A stretch of 64,000 bases of DNA from the human T2T-CHM13v2.0 reference genome, Homo sapiens, in NCBI RefSeq assembly GCF_009914755.1, contig NC_060931.1; one strand, written 5' to 3'. The notes under the pieces were generated by a model. That model worked only from the letters and a program-made list of their open reading frames with translations. It had not been told where the DNA came from and made no database searches. Positions 15,322 to 31,888 of the stretch are shown piece by piece (the stretch's first letter is position 1; each line of letters opens with the position of its first letter). A program made the translations under genes and the position numbers.

Positions 15322-15449
15322 TGAGCTATTTTTCTTGATAAGACAAAATACGTTGCTAAGGATACGTGCACACATGATCAGGTCCTTCTGTTCTTGCAAG
15401 TGAATGTGGAGGTGATGTAACACGACAGGCAGAAGAATGTATCGGGAAT
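15322..15449 (-). CDS. DOCK4: DOCK4 coding exon ~24 (128 nt), (D)SRYILLPVVLHHLH...LIKKNSS
   Basis: Lies within ORF 15301..15498. Acceptor tcttcag|AT, donor TCA|gtaagt. Phase 1 to 0. Confidence 0.96.
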
Positions 15450-15814
15450 CTGAAGAGAGAAGAGTCATTAGTGTCACATCTGTTGGAGTCCCACGCAATA
15501 CCTAGGGCAAATCCTTATCTACTTTTAATTCAATTTTGGTTGCTAAATTATTAACACATGTAGTTACAAAGGTATTAGTTCTACAAGGTTTATATTGAAA
15601 AACAGCAGTTCCTTTCCCTAATGCACAATTCCTACCTCAGGAGGCCTTTGACACTTTTAGGTGAAATAGATATCTTTCTAAAATTATTTGTTTTACCTCT
15701 AAATTTCTAAATTACATGCTTCTCTTGCTGTTTCCTGAATTTTCGTTAAGATAGATCGCCTACTGACTTTCTACTACGGTAGAAGAGGACTTGGTTGTTT
15801 TTTTTTTTCCCCCT

Positions 15815-16175
15815 TGATATAGTTTGGCTGTGTCCCCACCCAAATTTCATCTTGAATTGTTCCCATCATTCCCATAACTCCCTGTGGGAGGGACTTGGTG
15901 GGAGATAATTGAATCATGGGGGTAGTTCCCCCTATACTGTCCTTGTGGTAGTGAATATGTCTCACAAGATCTGATGGTTTTTTAAGGGGTTTCCCTTTTC
16001 ACTTGGCTTCATTCTCTCTTCTCTGCCACCATGTAAGATGTGCCTTTCACCTTCCGCCATGATTGTGAGGCCTTCTCATCCACATGGAACTGTGAGTCCA
16101 TTAAACCACTTTTTCTTTATAACTTACCCAGTCTTCAGTATGTCTTTATCAGCAGCACGAAAATGGACTAATACA
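15815..16175 (+). mobile_element. THE1-family (MaLR) solo LTR
   Basis: Starts tgatatagtttggctgtgtccccacccaaat and ends aaatggactaataca. Confidence 0.92.
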
Positions 16176-16631
16176 CTCCCTTTTCTCCCCAAGCCTCTCA
16201 AAATGGTTATATCACAATTTCTGGCTAAGTTAACATTATGTTTTTGCTGCTGTTCTGATTTCCAAACCTTTGTACATGAATGGATTTTTGCTTGGTTTTT
16301 TCTCTCTTTGAAAGCTTTTGGGAAATTATCCCTGGTAATTCAAAATTTCATGATTATGTAACTCGCCTTGACCCTTTCAATCTATACACTTGTGTTCTTC
16401 AGATCTGGGAATTTGCCTTGAATTATTTCTAGGATTATTTTCTTCTATCCTTTGTCTGTAAATTCAACTACATTTACATTGAATCTCTTGAGCTATCTTC
16501 TGCTTTTCTAGGATGTTTCCCCTCTTTTTGTTCAACTTCCTGGTAATTCCCATACCTTATCTTCCAAATCATGTATTCAGTTTTATTATTTATGCTATCA
16601 GATATTTTATTTCCAAGAGCTTTCTCCCTCC

Positions 16632-16775
16632 CAGGGCCAGTGTTGTGGCTGTGTAACCTGAGAAGCCACACAGGTCCCTGTGCTCAGAAGGACCCCACGC
16701 TTGGTGAAAGCGATGCTACTGCCACCTTGAAATTCTTAACTTTTGAACAACAGGTCTTGTATTTTCATTATGCAG
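16632..16775 (+). mobile_element. MER91A-like hAT DNA transposon remnant
   Basis: cagggcc...gctcagaaggaccccacgcttggt...ttgaaattcttaac. Confidence 0.7.
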
Positions 16776-16886
16776 CCATTCCTGTTTATTTCTCTGAATG
16801 TTCTCTTTTCAGAGCTTCCCACTCTTGTTTCACAGATGCATTCTCTTCTCTCCCTGAGGAAATCAGATATTTTTTAAAATTTGTTT

Positions 16887-17548
16887 TGAGGCAGGAAAAT
16901 AGGGTCTGGAAGCAGGAAATCTAAGGCCAATTTGTGCTGACTTCCTAAAGCTGAATCGATGAAAAACACCATGGTCTGGGGCGGGGACTCTAAGGCCAAT
17001 TCATGCTGACTTCCCAAAGCTGGATAAAAAGGGAAAACACCTGAGTCTGGGGGCAGGGAACTTAAGGCCTATTAATGCAAACTTCCAAAAGCTGAACCAA
17101 AAGGAAAAACCCCCCTCTCCCAAAGTCTGAGTAACAAGTATCAAAGGCTCCTCTCCCTACAACCCTCCCCTTCCACCACCTCTTAGATGGAAAGGTAAAG
17201 TGCTCTGGATTGGCCACAGGCCAACCAGGGACCATTGACCATCCCTTTATCTGCACAGGGCACCAATTCACCTCAGCCTTTAATTAGCCACAGATCAAAT
17301 CCTTCATCCAGATAAAGGACTTCAAAAGAAGTACTTCAAACCCAGAAGACTTTGTAACCGGGCCCTAGAGCTGCTTGCCTGGGCTGACTCCCATCCTGTG
17401 GAGTGCTTTCTCGCTTTAATAAATTCCCATTTTTGCTGCTTGGTTCTTGTGTTTCATTCCTTTGTTACTTTGTGAGTTTTGCCGAATTCTTTGTTCAGAA
17501 TGCCAAGGACCTGAACATCTCACACTCAAGACCCTTATTCTGGTAACA
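16887..17548 (+). mobile_element. MER51-family ERV1 solo LTR
   Basis: TG...CA ends (tgaggcaggaaaatagggtctgga...ctggtaaca), 4-bp TSD gttt, AATAAA, and three ~70-bp internal repeats. Confidence 0.85.
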
Positions 17549-17562
17549 GTTTTGCTCCCTGA

Positions 17563-17919
<357 letters not shown>

Positions 17920-18504
17920 TGATGATCCTTCATTGTCCATTCATCTTCACAAGTAAGGCACCAAAATGCTAACTGGAAATCACAAAATCTCTGTATGCCT
18001 AGGCAAGCTTGTGAACTAATGAAGCATCACTGCAGGATGGGGAAGCTAGGTGTTCCACTGGAGCAGGGGTCCCCAGAGTTCAGTATCTGAGATGGTTTCT
18101 CTTGGGCTGATCAGTTTCTCTGAAGATGAAGGGTGCAACACATATGAAAATGAATCAATTTCATCTTCAGAGCTACCTGATATTTTCGATTCCTGATCCT
18201 TTCTGAAGCCTACCTGAGTCTTCTGAGGTTCTGTGGAATAAATTAGTTTGCTCCTTGGCCCTACCCTAACTCCACACACACCGTGCCCACATTTCAGCTT
18301 TCTCTTGTCTGCAAGTCAACTGCCACCCAGCCTTGTAAAAATTGCTGCTATTTCTTATGCATTGTATCTCTTCTTCCATTCTCTTAAACCTGTGAGCTTA
18401 TACGTTAAAAAAATTTCTTTTTGTATCTGTAAGTACAGATACAAAAACCCTTTTCAAAACTTTAGCAAGTCAATTCCAACAATATATTAATATAAAGTTG
18501 ATAA

Positions 18505-19298
18505 CACCCTTGATATCTGATTGGGTTCCTCATCCTCCACCATCCCCAGGTGATGTCTGATCACCTTGCCCTGTCCTCAGCGAGAATCCTGTTAGGTCAC
18601 TTTAACCAGAATCTGCACACTCCCTGCCCCCACCTCCCACCCTTATCTTTGATGTTTCCTGTCTACCCACCCGACTCTGTTCCTTGGCTATGAAGTCCCA
18701 CTTACCCATGCTACATTAGAAATTCAGCCCAATCTTTCTCCCTTATTGCAAAATCCTTTTGCAGCCACCCCCACACCTATCACCATGACCCTCACCTTGA
18801 AAAAAGCCTGACGTACTGTCCTCAGAGCCCAAGCTAACCCATCATACCCCCTGTGACCTGCACATATATAAACAGATGGCCTGAAGCAACTGAAGAACCA
18901 CAAAATAAGTGAAATTAGTCAGTTCCTGCCTTAACTGATGACATTCCACCACTGTGATTTGTTCCTGCCCCACCCTAACTGATCAATTGACCTTGTGACA
19001 TTCCTTCTCCTGGACAATGAGTCTCAGAAGCTTCCCACCCAGCACCTTGTGACCCCCACCCCTGCCCTCAAGAGAACAACCCCCTTTAACTGTAATTTTC
19101 CATTATCTACCCAAATCCCATAAAACTGCCCCACCCATCTCCCTTTGCTGACTCCTTTTTCGGACTCAGTCCACCTACACCGAAGTGATTAAAAAGCTTT
19201 ATTGCTCACACAAAGCCTGTTTGGTGGTCTCTTCACACGGACGCGTGTAACACTTACCATCCTCAGCAAATGTCATTAATTATTTTTTACTTTAACAG
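18505..19298 (+). mobile_element. MER31-like ERV1 LTR (3' part), interrupted by LTR7-family LTR
   Basis: agaatcctgttaggtca, ccttggctatgaagtcccact, ending ctttaaca. Confidence 0.65.
18817..19252 (+). mobile_element. HERV-H solo LTR (LTR7 family, LTR7C-like)
   Basis: gagcccaagctaa...ctgccttaactgatgacattccacc...attgctcacacaaagcctgtttggtggtctcttcacacggacgcg. TG...CA ends; 5-bp TSD cgtac/cttac (1 mismatch). Confidence 0.9.
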
Positions 19299-19915
<617 letters not shown>

Positions 19916-20281
19916 CTACTTGACTTGCACCACTGACCCTGTTTAAGATCCCTATTTGTTGCCTTCTTTCTACTTGAGGACCCAAGAATTAGACTGCTTA
20001 GATTAGAGTTCCAGTTCCGTGAAATACTAGCCTCAGTCTTTTCATCTGTAAAACGAGGCTAGCAATGGTAACTCCTCCTGGGATTGTTTTACGGATCATA
20101 TTAGCTAGCAGTGCTTGGAATGCAATGAGTGCTATGTAAGTGTTATTCTCCTTTCTTCCTCTTTCAATTTTATCCTATATCTATAGATAAAAGTGATTCT
20201 GTATGCTACTAAAAGTGATAAGGAGTGCAAATAAAGCATCCACAACTGTGAAAGTGCCTCTCTCTCTCTCTCTCTCCTTCC

Positions 20282-20587
20282 TTTTTTTTTTTTTTTTTTT
20301 TCTTGAGACAGAGTCTCACTCTGTCATCCAGGCTGGAGTGCAATGGCACGATCTCGGCTCACTGCAACTTCCGCCTCCTGGGTTCAGTGATTCTCCTGTC
20401 TCAGCCTCCTGAGTAGCTGGGATTACAGGCATTCGCCGCCATGCCCGGCTAATGTTTTGTATTTTTAGTAGAGACGGGGTTTCACCATATTCCCCAGGCT
20501 GGTCTTGAACTCCTCCGCTCAGGCAATTCATCCTTCTTGGCCTTCCAAAGTGCTAGGATTACAGGCGTGAGCCACCATACTCAGCCG
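20282..20587 (-). mobile_element. AluS-like, next to a short (CT)n run
   Basis: Poly-T followed by an antisense dimer. Confidence 0.93.
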
Positions 20588-22236
20588 GAGTCTCCTATTT
20601 CTTTTGATGCCTGCCACTGGGTTACCAAAATAACCAGGTCTGGCCTCAGGTTTAGCATCAAAACAGACAACATAAGGCACAGGCATTCTATACATTAAGA
20701 AAACAAATACAGAATATTCAAATCCAAACTTGTAAAATAATTCATTGCAAGCCTTCTTTAAACAGTAAGCCTCACCAGGGAACTTAAATACTTATTTACA
20801 AATCAATTACTTAACAAAAAGAACCAGAAAAAAAAAAAAAAACCCTGAAAATTTAAGTGCCAGTAGTCATTGCCTAGTAATGTTTAATTAGAAAGGAAGA
20901 TAAAGCTTATCTGATATGTTCCTTCAGCTAGGGGGATTTGATTTCTAAAAATTCAATTTGCAGCCAATTGTTAAGAAAATATCAACTGCAAAAAAGTAAG
21001 TAAGGTGGACAAATAATTTGTGTGTGGCATGTATACAAAGAAATACATAACAACCCAGCTTGCAGATTTGCTTTTTCTCCATTACTTGGGCAATGCCAGC
21101 CAGTGCAATTGATAGACTGGGTGGGTAAATGCCAAACAAGCTGACTGGTTGATATGCTAATTCTTACCTTTAAAAGAAAACAACCAGGCCCATCAAATAA
21201 GACCCCCCATAAAACAATCCAAGTTGAACATTCACTAACTTTCCATGCATTTAACAACAGAATCTGCCGTGCAGGTTCTCTCCTTGAGAGGGCCGATACA
21301 CTCATATTCCACATCTCAGATAAAGCTCACTGTGTTGTATGTCTCCTTGAGTGTATAAGGAGTGACTCTCATTTACTTTTTTGGTCTACACTTGAGTGGA
21401 TATACAGCCAGCTCCCATCAGTAATCCCCACTGGACACGGGACTAGGAAGGAACAAGGGAAGCTGGGTAGATTTCCTCCTTTAGGTTAATTTTGAGGAGT
21501 CATACTTTTGCCTCCTCTATCAACAAGCTTTAGACAGGGATCCTTGAAGTCAGCATCAGTCACCAAGAGCGCGAGGTCTGTGAGTTCCATGGCAGCACAC
21601 AAGGGTTGGCCGTTACATTCCACAAACTGGGCTCTAGCATGGGCTGGACGTGGGCACTGCTGAGGGGCGGCCTCAGTACGGGGAGATTGTAAACAAGGGA
21701 GGCAGAAGGACATGTGGCAGCACAGCTTTGCATGTAGCAGAGCTGCTGACTACAGAAAGCCTGACATCAGAGCTGGGATGGGCCTCTGTGATCAAAGCCA
21801 CCAGGAATTGAACTGCCAAAGTCAGAGCCAGTCGCAAAACCTGCAAACAAGCCTTTCAGACACTGGAATACAGACAACAAGAACTCAGAGAGGAAAGGAC
21901 TGCAGATTCAGTGGGCTACGTTCTCATGCAGACAATGTCAGGATCACAGAGGAAAGCAACAGTGGAGGGCTACGGATGATCCCTGTATTAAGCTCCCAGA
22001 TCCCACCCACTGGCTTTAATCCCACCCTGAATGCCTCCACCTCAGGCATCCTTCCTAAAGCAAGACACATGTACTGTGTACATCTTACTTTTGGTAGTTA
22101 CGCCACCTCCTGGCCTGGGACTCCTACATAGCCACCCTGCCACACACTGTTTTATTGTCATATTCATGCTCATCCTGAGCTCAAAAAGTTGCTTTTCCAA
22201 TAAGATTTTTTTAAATACACATCATTTATTCAGTAG

Positions 22237-23003
<767 letters not shown>

Positions 23004-23059
23004 TATTCAGTAGCTTTTGCTACTGTATCCCGATCCCTAACCCATGATTCAGTCAGTAC

Positions 23060-23990
23060 CTAGTGTTCATGAAACATCTATTAAGCACCTACTTTGCACC
23101 AGGCACTATTAGGGAAGCTAAAGATATCATTGTGATCAAGGCAAATAAAGTCCCTGGCCTCTGGGGTTTCCCTTCTGGGGTGGAGGAGGGAAACAGACGT
23201 TAATCAATGAAATACCCAATTCTCTATTTCATTATAATTGTGCTAGGTGATTCAAGAAGCAAAACACAGTGTACTATAAAAGTGATAATTGAGTGGGTGG
23301 GGCACCAAAATTTCTTGAGAAAATGAGAGACTAAACCATGAAGGATAAATGGGAATTAACTCTGTTGGGCAGGAGCTGAAGAAAGTGGATTCCAAACAGA
23401 GAAAAGTAGCAAGGAGATGAGATGAGGCAGGTGGACGGGGCCACATCACAGGGCATGGAAGATCAATTCTGGAGAGTGCCCCCCAATAAAACAGAACTGG
23501 GATGTGAGTAGGAGCTGGGAGTGACATCATCTGGTATGTTTCTGAAGGTAACTTTGGCTAATAGATGGGTGGTGAAAGGAAATACAGGAAACAAGGAGAG
23601 AAAAGACAGAGGCAGCTCAGAGCAAGTGCAGCTGGACTAGAGAGGAGGCAGTGGGGGTGTGGAGAAGCTACAGAGGCACGTGAGGTTTCTTGGCCACAGA
23701 CAGAGACAAAGGGCAAAAGGGAGAAGGAATGACTCTGAGGCTTCTAGGTGGATGGTGCTGCCACCTACTGAGCCAGGAAAGACTAAGCTCAGAGAGAAAA
23801 AAGTTGAGATTTTCATTTTAGACATGCTGAGTTTAAGGAGCCTGTGAGATATCCACCAGAGATGTTAAGAGCACAGTTGGATACTCAAGTTTGGAGCTCC
23901 GAGGAGAGATCTGGCCTAGAAATATAAATGTGAGAGTTAGGTCAGCACATGGATGGCACTAACTGAGGCTAAGCAGGTGGAATGAGCCCC
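23060..23990 (-). mobile_element. L2 fragments
   Basis: tattaagcacctactttgcaccaggcact; tttagacatgctgagtttaag...gagatgttaag...ggatactcaagtttggagctc. Confidence 0.7.
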
Positions 23991-26645
23991 AAGATTTGCT
24001 CAGATTTCCCTGCTACATGGCACCCTGGAAACTTGCCCCATCACATACGCTGCTGTACTTTATCATATTATAATTATTTGTTCGACATCTACTTTTGTGC
24101 TTTACTGTAAACAGACAGAGAGCAGGGACTCTATTGGTTCAATTTGTTATAGTATTTCCATCCTAATATATTTCTAATATAATACTGTGGAGTCTGTCCA
24201 TAATAAATATTTGTTGAATGAATGGACTCCATCATGAGTTCTACTGGATATTACAGGCTACTCAAATAGAGCCTGGCATTTCTGTCTTCAGGTTTAAACA
24301 CAGCTTAAACAGGAAGAGTGAGGAGGCCCGTTATCAGTCTGGTTTACAATGACTCCATCTGCTGGTGCTTGCTCTGAGCACGGGGAGACAGCAATTCCCA
24401 CTACCTTGCAAGCCACGGCAGCTGCCTGTGACACACATGCTCCCCATCCCTCTGAAAATCTGTGCAAATGTGGATGAGTGACGTGTAAGAAATGAAATGA
24501 TACAGGTGTCACCCTTTCCCCAGTAATGTGCTTGTTATACTGTCAATCCGCATTGAGAAGTTCAGAAACATAGTAAGAGAACTAAGTTGAAAGGGAGTCT
24601 TGTGACTCCCAAAATATGTGAGTTTACATTTGTTTTCAAAACCCACAGTTAAAACCTAGGGGCAACTATGATTTCAGTGAGGTATATTTTTCATCTTAAG
24701 TTCTATGTGCAGGGTGAGGTGTTACCTAAAACTATTAATTTTATCTTTGCCCTGTCTAGAGACAGATGTAGAAACTGTTTTTCAAAGATACATCTTTCTA
24801 GGTTCTTGGTTAAGAACATCCACTTAAACATGGTTATAGCTGTTTAGCCTTTAACAACAACAACAAAAACAGAAAACCCAAAATCATTATGTGGGCAAAT
24901 CTTTCATAAAATCCAAGAAAAGAGCCTGAAAAACTGTGGAAACTGTTAAACTTTCAGCAAGTGCTTTCAGAGCTCCCTGATGGTGAACACCTGGAAAGGG
25001 CTTCACCCTAGAGTTTTTTCCCTTTGGAAAAGCCTGGGGAGAGGGAACCAGAGGGGAATACGGGTAAGCGGGAAGAGGAGGGGTGAGATAAAGGGATTGA
25101 GACTGAAGGAACAAAACACTAATGATTTTTAGCCAAAGGCTTTCTTGAGGTCCCAGGTAGTTTTTGAAAATATACTTTTACATTAGATCATCATCACAAA
25201 TTCCATATTTAAAAAAACTAAGGTCTGTACATTTTTTGCAATGGTCCTGCATTATTACTCTGCTTCTAGAGAAAAAAGAAGCCCTTATTTCTGCAACTTT
25301 ATTCTTTCTAAGGACTCTCTATTTTGCAAGCCCTGGCTAGCAGAAAAGTTCTAAACAAATGTCATTTTTAAGAATAAAAGAAATGTAATCACTTGCAATG
25401 CAATAAAACCCAACACTAAACTACACTTTATAGTTCTAAGAAATAAAAGCTACTAGGCACTCATCAACTGTAGTAAGATTTTATTCCTGAAGTTATCAAA
25501 TTAATAGAAAAACCTATCAAACATCCTTTCTTTATATTATGGCCTAAAATGTTGGAGAGCATTAATTCTTAGAGTATACTTTAAAAATAGTCTAATAGTC
25601 TACCTTTCTCTATCTTTCCATTAATTTTTTATTGCAGTTTTGTATAAAATCCACAAAATCCTTAATGGGGACTGGGGAGTTTCTGCCAAAAAGAAAAACA
25701 ATTACTCTTGACTACTTAAAAAAATTCCTACCCTAAAACACTTGATTTTTTAGTCTGTAGGCAAAAGCAAGTCGTACCAGCAAGCTTCTCACCAGTGGTA
25801 CATGATCAGTGCCTTTAGGTCTTTATATTTACTTCTATTATCTGTGCTGGGATTTGCCTGATAAACTGTTCAATTCTTCCAAAGTAGAAACATATATAGC
25901 TATTTTTTAGCAAGAAAATAGCTCAGCATTAACTCCAGCCATCTGTTAAACAAATCATCAAGTACCAAGCAATGGTGACAAACGCAAAGTGAATGTAAAA
26001 CCCACAGCTCTAGCAGATCTGACCTCGCGAAGTCCGGCAGACCCTGTTCCTGACCTCTCGCTATCACGCCCTAAACTATGTCTCTGCTACCCGCTACACT
26101 TCCTCCTTCCCCAACAACCTCTCTGCATCAAATCTACCCTTTTGTCATTGCCAAAGCTGTCTTCTCCAAAACCATTTAGACTCTTCTATTCATGGCCTTC
26201 AGCAAATAGGAAGAATAAAATCTGGGGGAGAAAGGGAAAAATGAGTTGCTGATTTTTAATGCTTTAAATAAGTCCACCTGGATCCCAGATTATTTAGACA
26301 TTAAATACCAATCTATTTAGATTCCAAAAGTTATCTGTGTCCTTTAGGTTTGGTCAGATGTTCTAGAATTTGACCTTGGGGGTGTGACTAAGGGGGTGAT
26401 TCAGTCCTCCTGCCTGCTCTGTCCAGCTGTGAGGCTGCCCAGAGACCCTTAATGCAACCTGGCTTGAATCTTCCCATGACAACATTTCAGACAACATTTC
26501 ATTCCCTTCTTTGGTGCTGACATTCACATATGTCCTTCTTTCTGTCTTCTCTATGTGTTAATTTCTACTCTAAGCTCAACCATGACTATTCTGCAGCCAT
26601 GCTTCTTCCTTTGCATGCCTCCTCTGCTTTTTTCTCCTTGGGATT

Positions 26646-27223
26646 TGTGATGGTTAATTTTAATGTGTCAACTTGTCTGGGCCATGGGGTGTCCAGAGAG
26701 TTGGTTAAACATTTTTCTGGGTGTGTCTGTGAGGAAGTTTCTGCAGGAGAATAACCCTGGAATTGCTAGACAGAGTTAAGTAAACTGTCCTCCCCAATGT
26801 GGTGAGCCTCATCCACTCTGTTGAAGGCCTGAATAGAAGAAAACGCTGAGTAATGGAGAATATGCTCCCTCTTCCTGATGGTCTTCGAGCTAGGACAATG
26901 GTCTTCTCTTGCATTTGGACTTGGACTTGAACTGTAACTTATACCATTGTCTCTCCTGCTTCTCAGGCCTTTGGTCTCAGACTGAAACTATATCATCAGT
27001 TCTTATGGGTCTCCAGCGTACTGACTGCAGATATGAGATTTCTCAGCCTCTATAATCACGTAAACCATTTCCTTATGACTCCTTTCCTTCCGTCTTTCCT
27101 CCTTCCTTCCCTTCCTTTCCTTCCTTCCCTCCCTTCCTTCCTTCCCTCCCTTCCTTCCTTCCTCCATGTATAGACACATACACCCTATTGGTTCTGTTTC
27201 TCTGGAGAAATCTGACTAATACA
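26646..27223 (+). mobile_element. MLT2-family (ERVL) solo LTR
   Basis: tgtgatggttaattttaatgtgtcaactt...ttctctggagaaatctgactaataca, with 5-bp TSD ggatt. Confidence 0.9.
27080..27165. repeat. Imperfect (CCTT)n microsatellite inside MLT2
   Basis: Nearly pure pyrimidine CCTT/CCCT run. Confidence 0.9.
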
Positions 27224-27351
27224 GGATTCTAATAAAATGTCAACTTTTAGAACTTCCCAGATGTCTTGATGGGCTTGTAACATCTAAGGTCTGAAAAGGT
27301 TTTGAAATTCATCTTCTTAAAATGTGAGCCAACTGTACTCTTTGCTCCCCC

Positions 27352-27533
27352 CTTTTTTTGAGACAGGGTCTCCATCTGTCAGACAGGTGGGAGTGCAGTG
27401 GTGCGATCATGGCTTACTGTATTCTCAACCCCCTGGGCTCAAGTGATCCTCCCACCTCAGCCTGCTGAGTAGCGGGGACCACAGGTATGCACCACCACAC
27501 CTGACTATTTTTTGTTTATTTTTTGTAGAGATG
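27352..27533 (-). mobile_element. AluJ right-arm fragment
   Basis: gagacagggtctc...ctcaagtgatcctcccacctcagcc...tgtagagat. Confidence 0.85.
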
Positions 27534-27863
27534 CTGGTAATACCTTAATTTCAGCCCATTGAGAACAATTTTGGACTTCCACCCTGTGGACCAGTAGGAT
27601 AAGAAGTTTGTGTTGTTTTAAGCCACTAAGTTTGCGATTACTGTCACAGCAGCAATGGGAAATGACTCCATCATAACTGTATCTAAAATGAGTCTTATTT
27701 CCATATTTTGGTGATGCTATTGTTTTATGTTTATAATAAAAGAATTTTTTTTTACCCATCCCTTGTCATTTGGATACAGTTATCTCTGGGAAAATAAGAT
27801 ATAAAACTAGGGCATTCAATTCCAAGTTCCCCATCCCCTCAAAAAATCCTTTTGCTGTTGTAA

Positions 27864-28189
<326 letters not shown>

Positions 28190-29787
28190 GTGTGTTAATT
28201 TTTTAAATGAAAGGTCAGAAGTGTTAGGCTTAACCCTTTTACCTTTTGTTTTGAGTGGACAACTGGGCCCTCTTTTATTATAGATCTTTAGTTATACAGT
28301 TTTATATTGTCCCTCTTCTTTCCCCTCCAGTCAGACAGAATCAGCCTATTTTTGTGAGATGTACCAAGGCCCTTGTGAGGATCACACTCTCCAGTTAACC
28401 ACAACTCAAGATATCACGTCCTGTTCTCTGACACTGTCTGTGGAGCCTGCTGTTTGCATTTCACATCTTCTTTTCCTTCCGACATCTCCTCTTTCAACTA
28501 GACAACATAAATATGCCCATCAGTCCCCTAAGTCCACAGTTTCTGATTTAGAATGCCAAAGTCACTAGAAGCACTTTCCACGTTTCCCTAGCAGTATTGT
28601 GTAGTCACATGTAATTTAAACAGAAGGTACTCTGAGCCCTGGAAGGCTCTCAGGGACACTTCCTAGTTTTCCCCATGAAGATGGGCTCCTTCTTGATGTG
28701 TTCTGCCCAGCCCATCTTATACATCACAGTCTCTGTTTTCTTCAATGACGAGTTAGGAAGCAGCAAGCCACATCCTGCTGCGGCAGTGACAGAAGCCTTT
28801 TCTCTGTTGAACATCTGCACGTGCTAAGGATTCTGTTGATCGTGAGCCACTGTTGCTTCTCCATAATCATTCTCCATGTGTGGGACCTTCCCACACAACA
28901 TGAGCAGACAGGGTTTCCTCTTCTTCTCTTCCTTTTCCACGCCACCATATTCACAATTACCAGCTTCCCTACGCTGGCCCTGAGCCTCTCTTCCAGGGCA
29001 CTGGCACAGACCCTGCAGGGTCAACATTTCTTGGGTCTCATGAGTCCTTCCATCCCTTACCATAGTACATACTCTCATCAATTCCCACGGGACCCAACAT
29101 TCTTTATCCCGCATCACAGCAGGTTCTTCTCTGTGTATCTTTCTAGTCCTGATTTCTCTATTATCTATGGAGCATCAGGAACCAACAAGGAACTGGGCCC
29201 AAGGACAGATTACATTGCTCAGAGGCAATGAACACAAACCCCTATAATATTTTCCTTACATTTGAAAACAATTTTGATGACTGTCTTGCTCTTTTAGTGC
29301 AAGACTTTAACTTAACAAAGAATTATCTGGTCAGTGTGGGAGAAATATGGCAGAAATCAGCAATTCCTCTGAGACAGGAGTGAACTTTTCCTAGTGTGGT
29401 GAAAGCAGGGTTGGTGTTTGAGTTAAAGCAGGGTGCTCCGTTGGGACCTACATCTCCTGCACAGTACCTGTTCCCAACCCCGGAGAGATTCCTGAGTCAC
29501 TGCACAGAACCCTTAGGACTGAGCAGCAGAGTTGGAAAACCACTACAAGAAATATCTTTTCTCCAGGATATGTTTTTATTGGGAGAAATCGGAAGGTTGA
29601 ACTTTCTTTTACATTGTTTGAAGTGCTATTTCAGAAAAAAAAATAAGAAATATCTCAAAAGTCCTTCAACAGGAGAAAAAATAAATTAACTGTGATATGT
29701 TCATACAGTGGAATATCATACAACAGTAAAAAATAATGAAGTAGAGCTATATCTAGTGGCATGGAAAAATATAAAAGTATAATATTA

Positions 29788-30082
29788 GGCCGGGTGTGGT
29801 GGCTCACGCCTGTAATCCTAGCCCTTTGGGAGGCTGAGGTGGGTGGATCACCTGAGGTCAGAAGTTCAAGACCAGCCTGGCCAACATGGTGAAACCCCAT
29901 CTCTACCAAAATACAAAAATTAGCCAGGCATGATGGTGGGTGCCTATAATCCCAGCTACTCAGGAGGCTGAGACGGGAGAATCATCTGAACCCAGGAGAC
30001 GGTAGTTGCAGTGAGCTAAGATCATGCCACTGCACTCCAGCCTGGGTGGCTGAGCAAGACTCAGTCTCAAAAAAAAAAAAAA
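29788..30082 (+). mobile_element. AluSx-like
   Basis: Full dimer with TSD ataatatta. Confidence 0.95.
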
Positions 30083-30341
30083 ATAATAATAATAATATTA
30101 ATAAAAAAAACACTCCAAAGAGTGACATACAATGTACTGTTATCATTTAAAGATGAAATGATTTAAAAATTTGTAAAGAAGAAAAAACCATACTATATAT
30201 TTTTAAAGCTATGTAATAAAGGAATAGAAAATAGGAACCATAATCTCTGATAGTGGAAATTTCTATGAAGGAAATGGGAGCCTAGACAGGAGGACCTTGA
30301 GTATATCTGTGATGAATTTCTTATTAAAAAATCTAAAGCAA

Positions 30342-30651
<310 letters not shown>

Positions 30652-30752
30652 TTAAGATTTGTTAATGATTTGCCATTATTATGCTCTATCCTTAAATGTA
30701 TGTATAAAATATTTTACAAGAAAATATGTAAAAAATTGTTTACTATATATAA

Positions 30753-31114
<362 letters not shown>

Positions 31115-31695
31115 AGGGAAAATAATTATTAATGGAATCTATTTTAAGAACTTTTTTACTTGGGAGGCTGATTAAAATTTCTTAAAATAAGCTTTAAGAT
31201 AAGGTTAGTACTCACTCTGTTATTTATTCGGGAAAAAAAAACAGAAGAAAACAAGAGGCAATGGAACTTACTAACAGTTATTATAACAAAATTAATTTGA
31301 GTCACTGACCACTTGCTCTTGGGGTAAAGTAAAAAACAACAATAATGCAAAGTTTCATATAGCTTCAGAACATAAATTGATGAAAAACTTTTAAAAACAA
31401 AAGAGAAAAATAAGGATCCTATCAGGTACCTGTAAGCATCTCTGAAGGAGTGTTAAATCCCATTAAACATAAAAAACAATAATGTAATCATTAGTTTTCA
31501 TTCTTTCCAGAAATAAAGTTTTAATTGCCATACTTTTGTATTTGACTACTAAATACATTTACCATCCAAATAAACAATGGTTTTGAGAAAATGCCTTTTA
31601 GTGTTTTGTTTTTAATTGCATCTGCTGACCAATGGCTACAAAATATACAAAATGGCTTTTCAGAGGCACAATTTCCTCCAAGAGACTCACCCTAC

Positions 31696-31888
31696 CTGGG
31701 TTGGTATAAAGCTGGCTTTCCACGGTTTTGCCAATGCACTGCAGTTTGATGGCCTGCAGGGAATCATCCACATGCAGGATGGTCGGCAGACTGCCCAGGG
31801 TGTCCTGGACCAAGTTGGCTACTTCCCGGACATCAAAGAGCTTCAACAGTTCTGAGTACACGGCAGGGAAAGAGCTCAGAAACACAGC
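31696..31888 (-). CDS. DOCK4: DOCK4 coding exon ~23 (193 nt), AVFLSSFPAVYSELLKLF...VESQLYTNP(D)
   Basis: Overlaps ORF 31598..31885. Acceptor tttttaag|GCT, donor CAG|gtaggg. 64 codons +1 nt, matching the phase of the next exon. Confidence 0.96.

Noticed and set aside
16899-17115. Three ~70-bp tandem repeats resembling a repeat array
   Set aside because: They are diverged internal repeats within the MER51-type LTR, with no spacers; not CRISPR-like.
21712-22131. 139-aa + strand ORF in unique sequence
   Set aside because: No recognisable domain or exon structure; length is compatible with chance in 64 kb.
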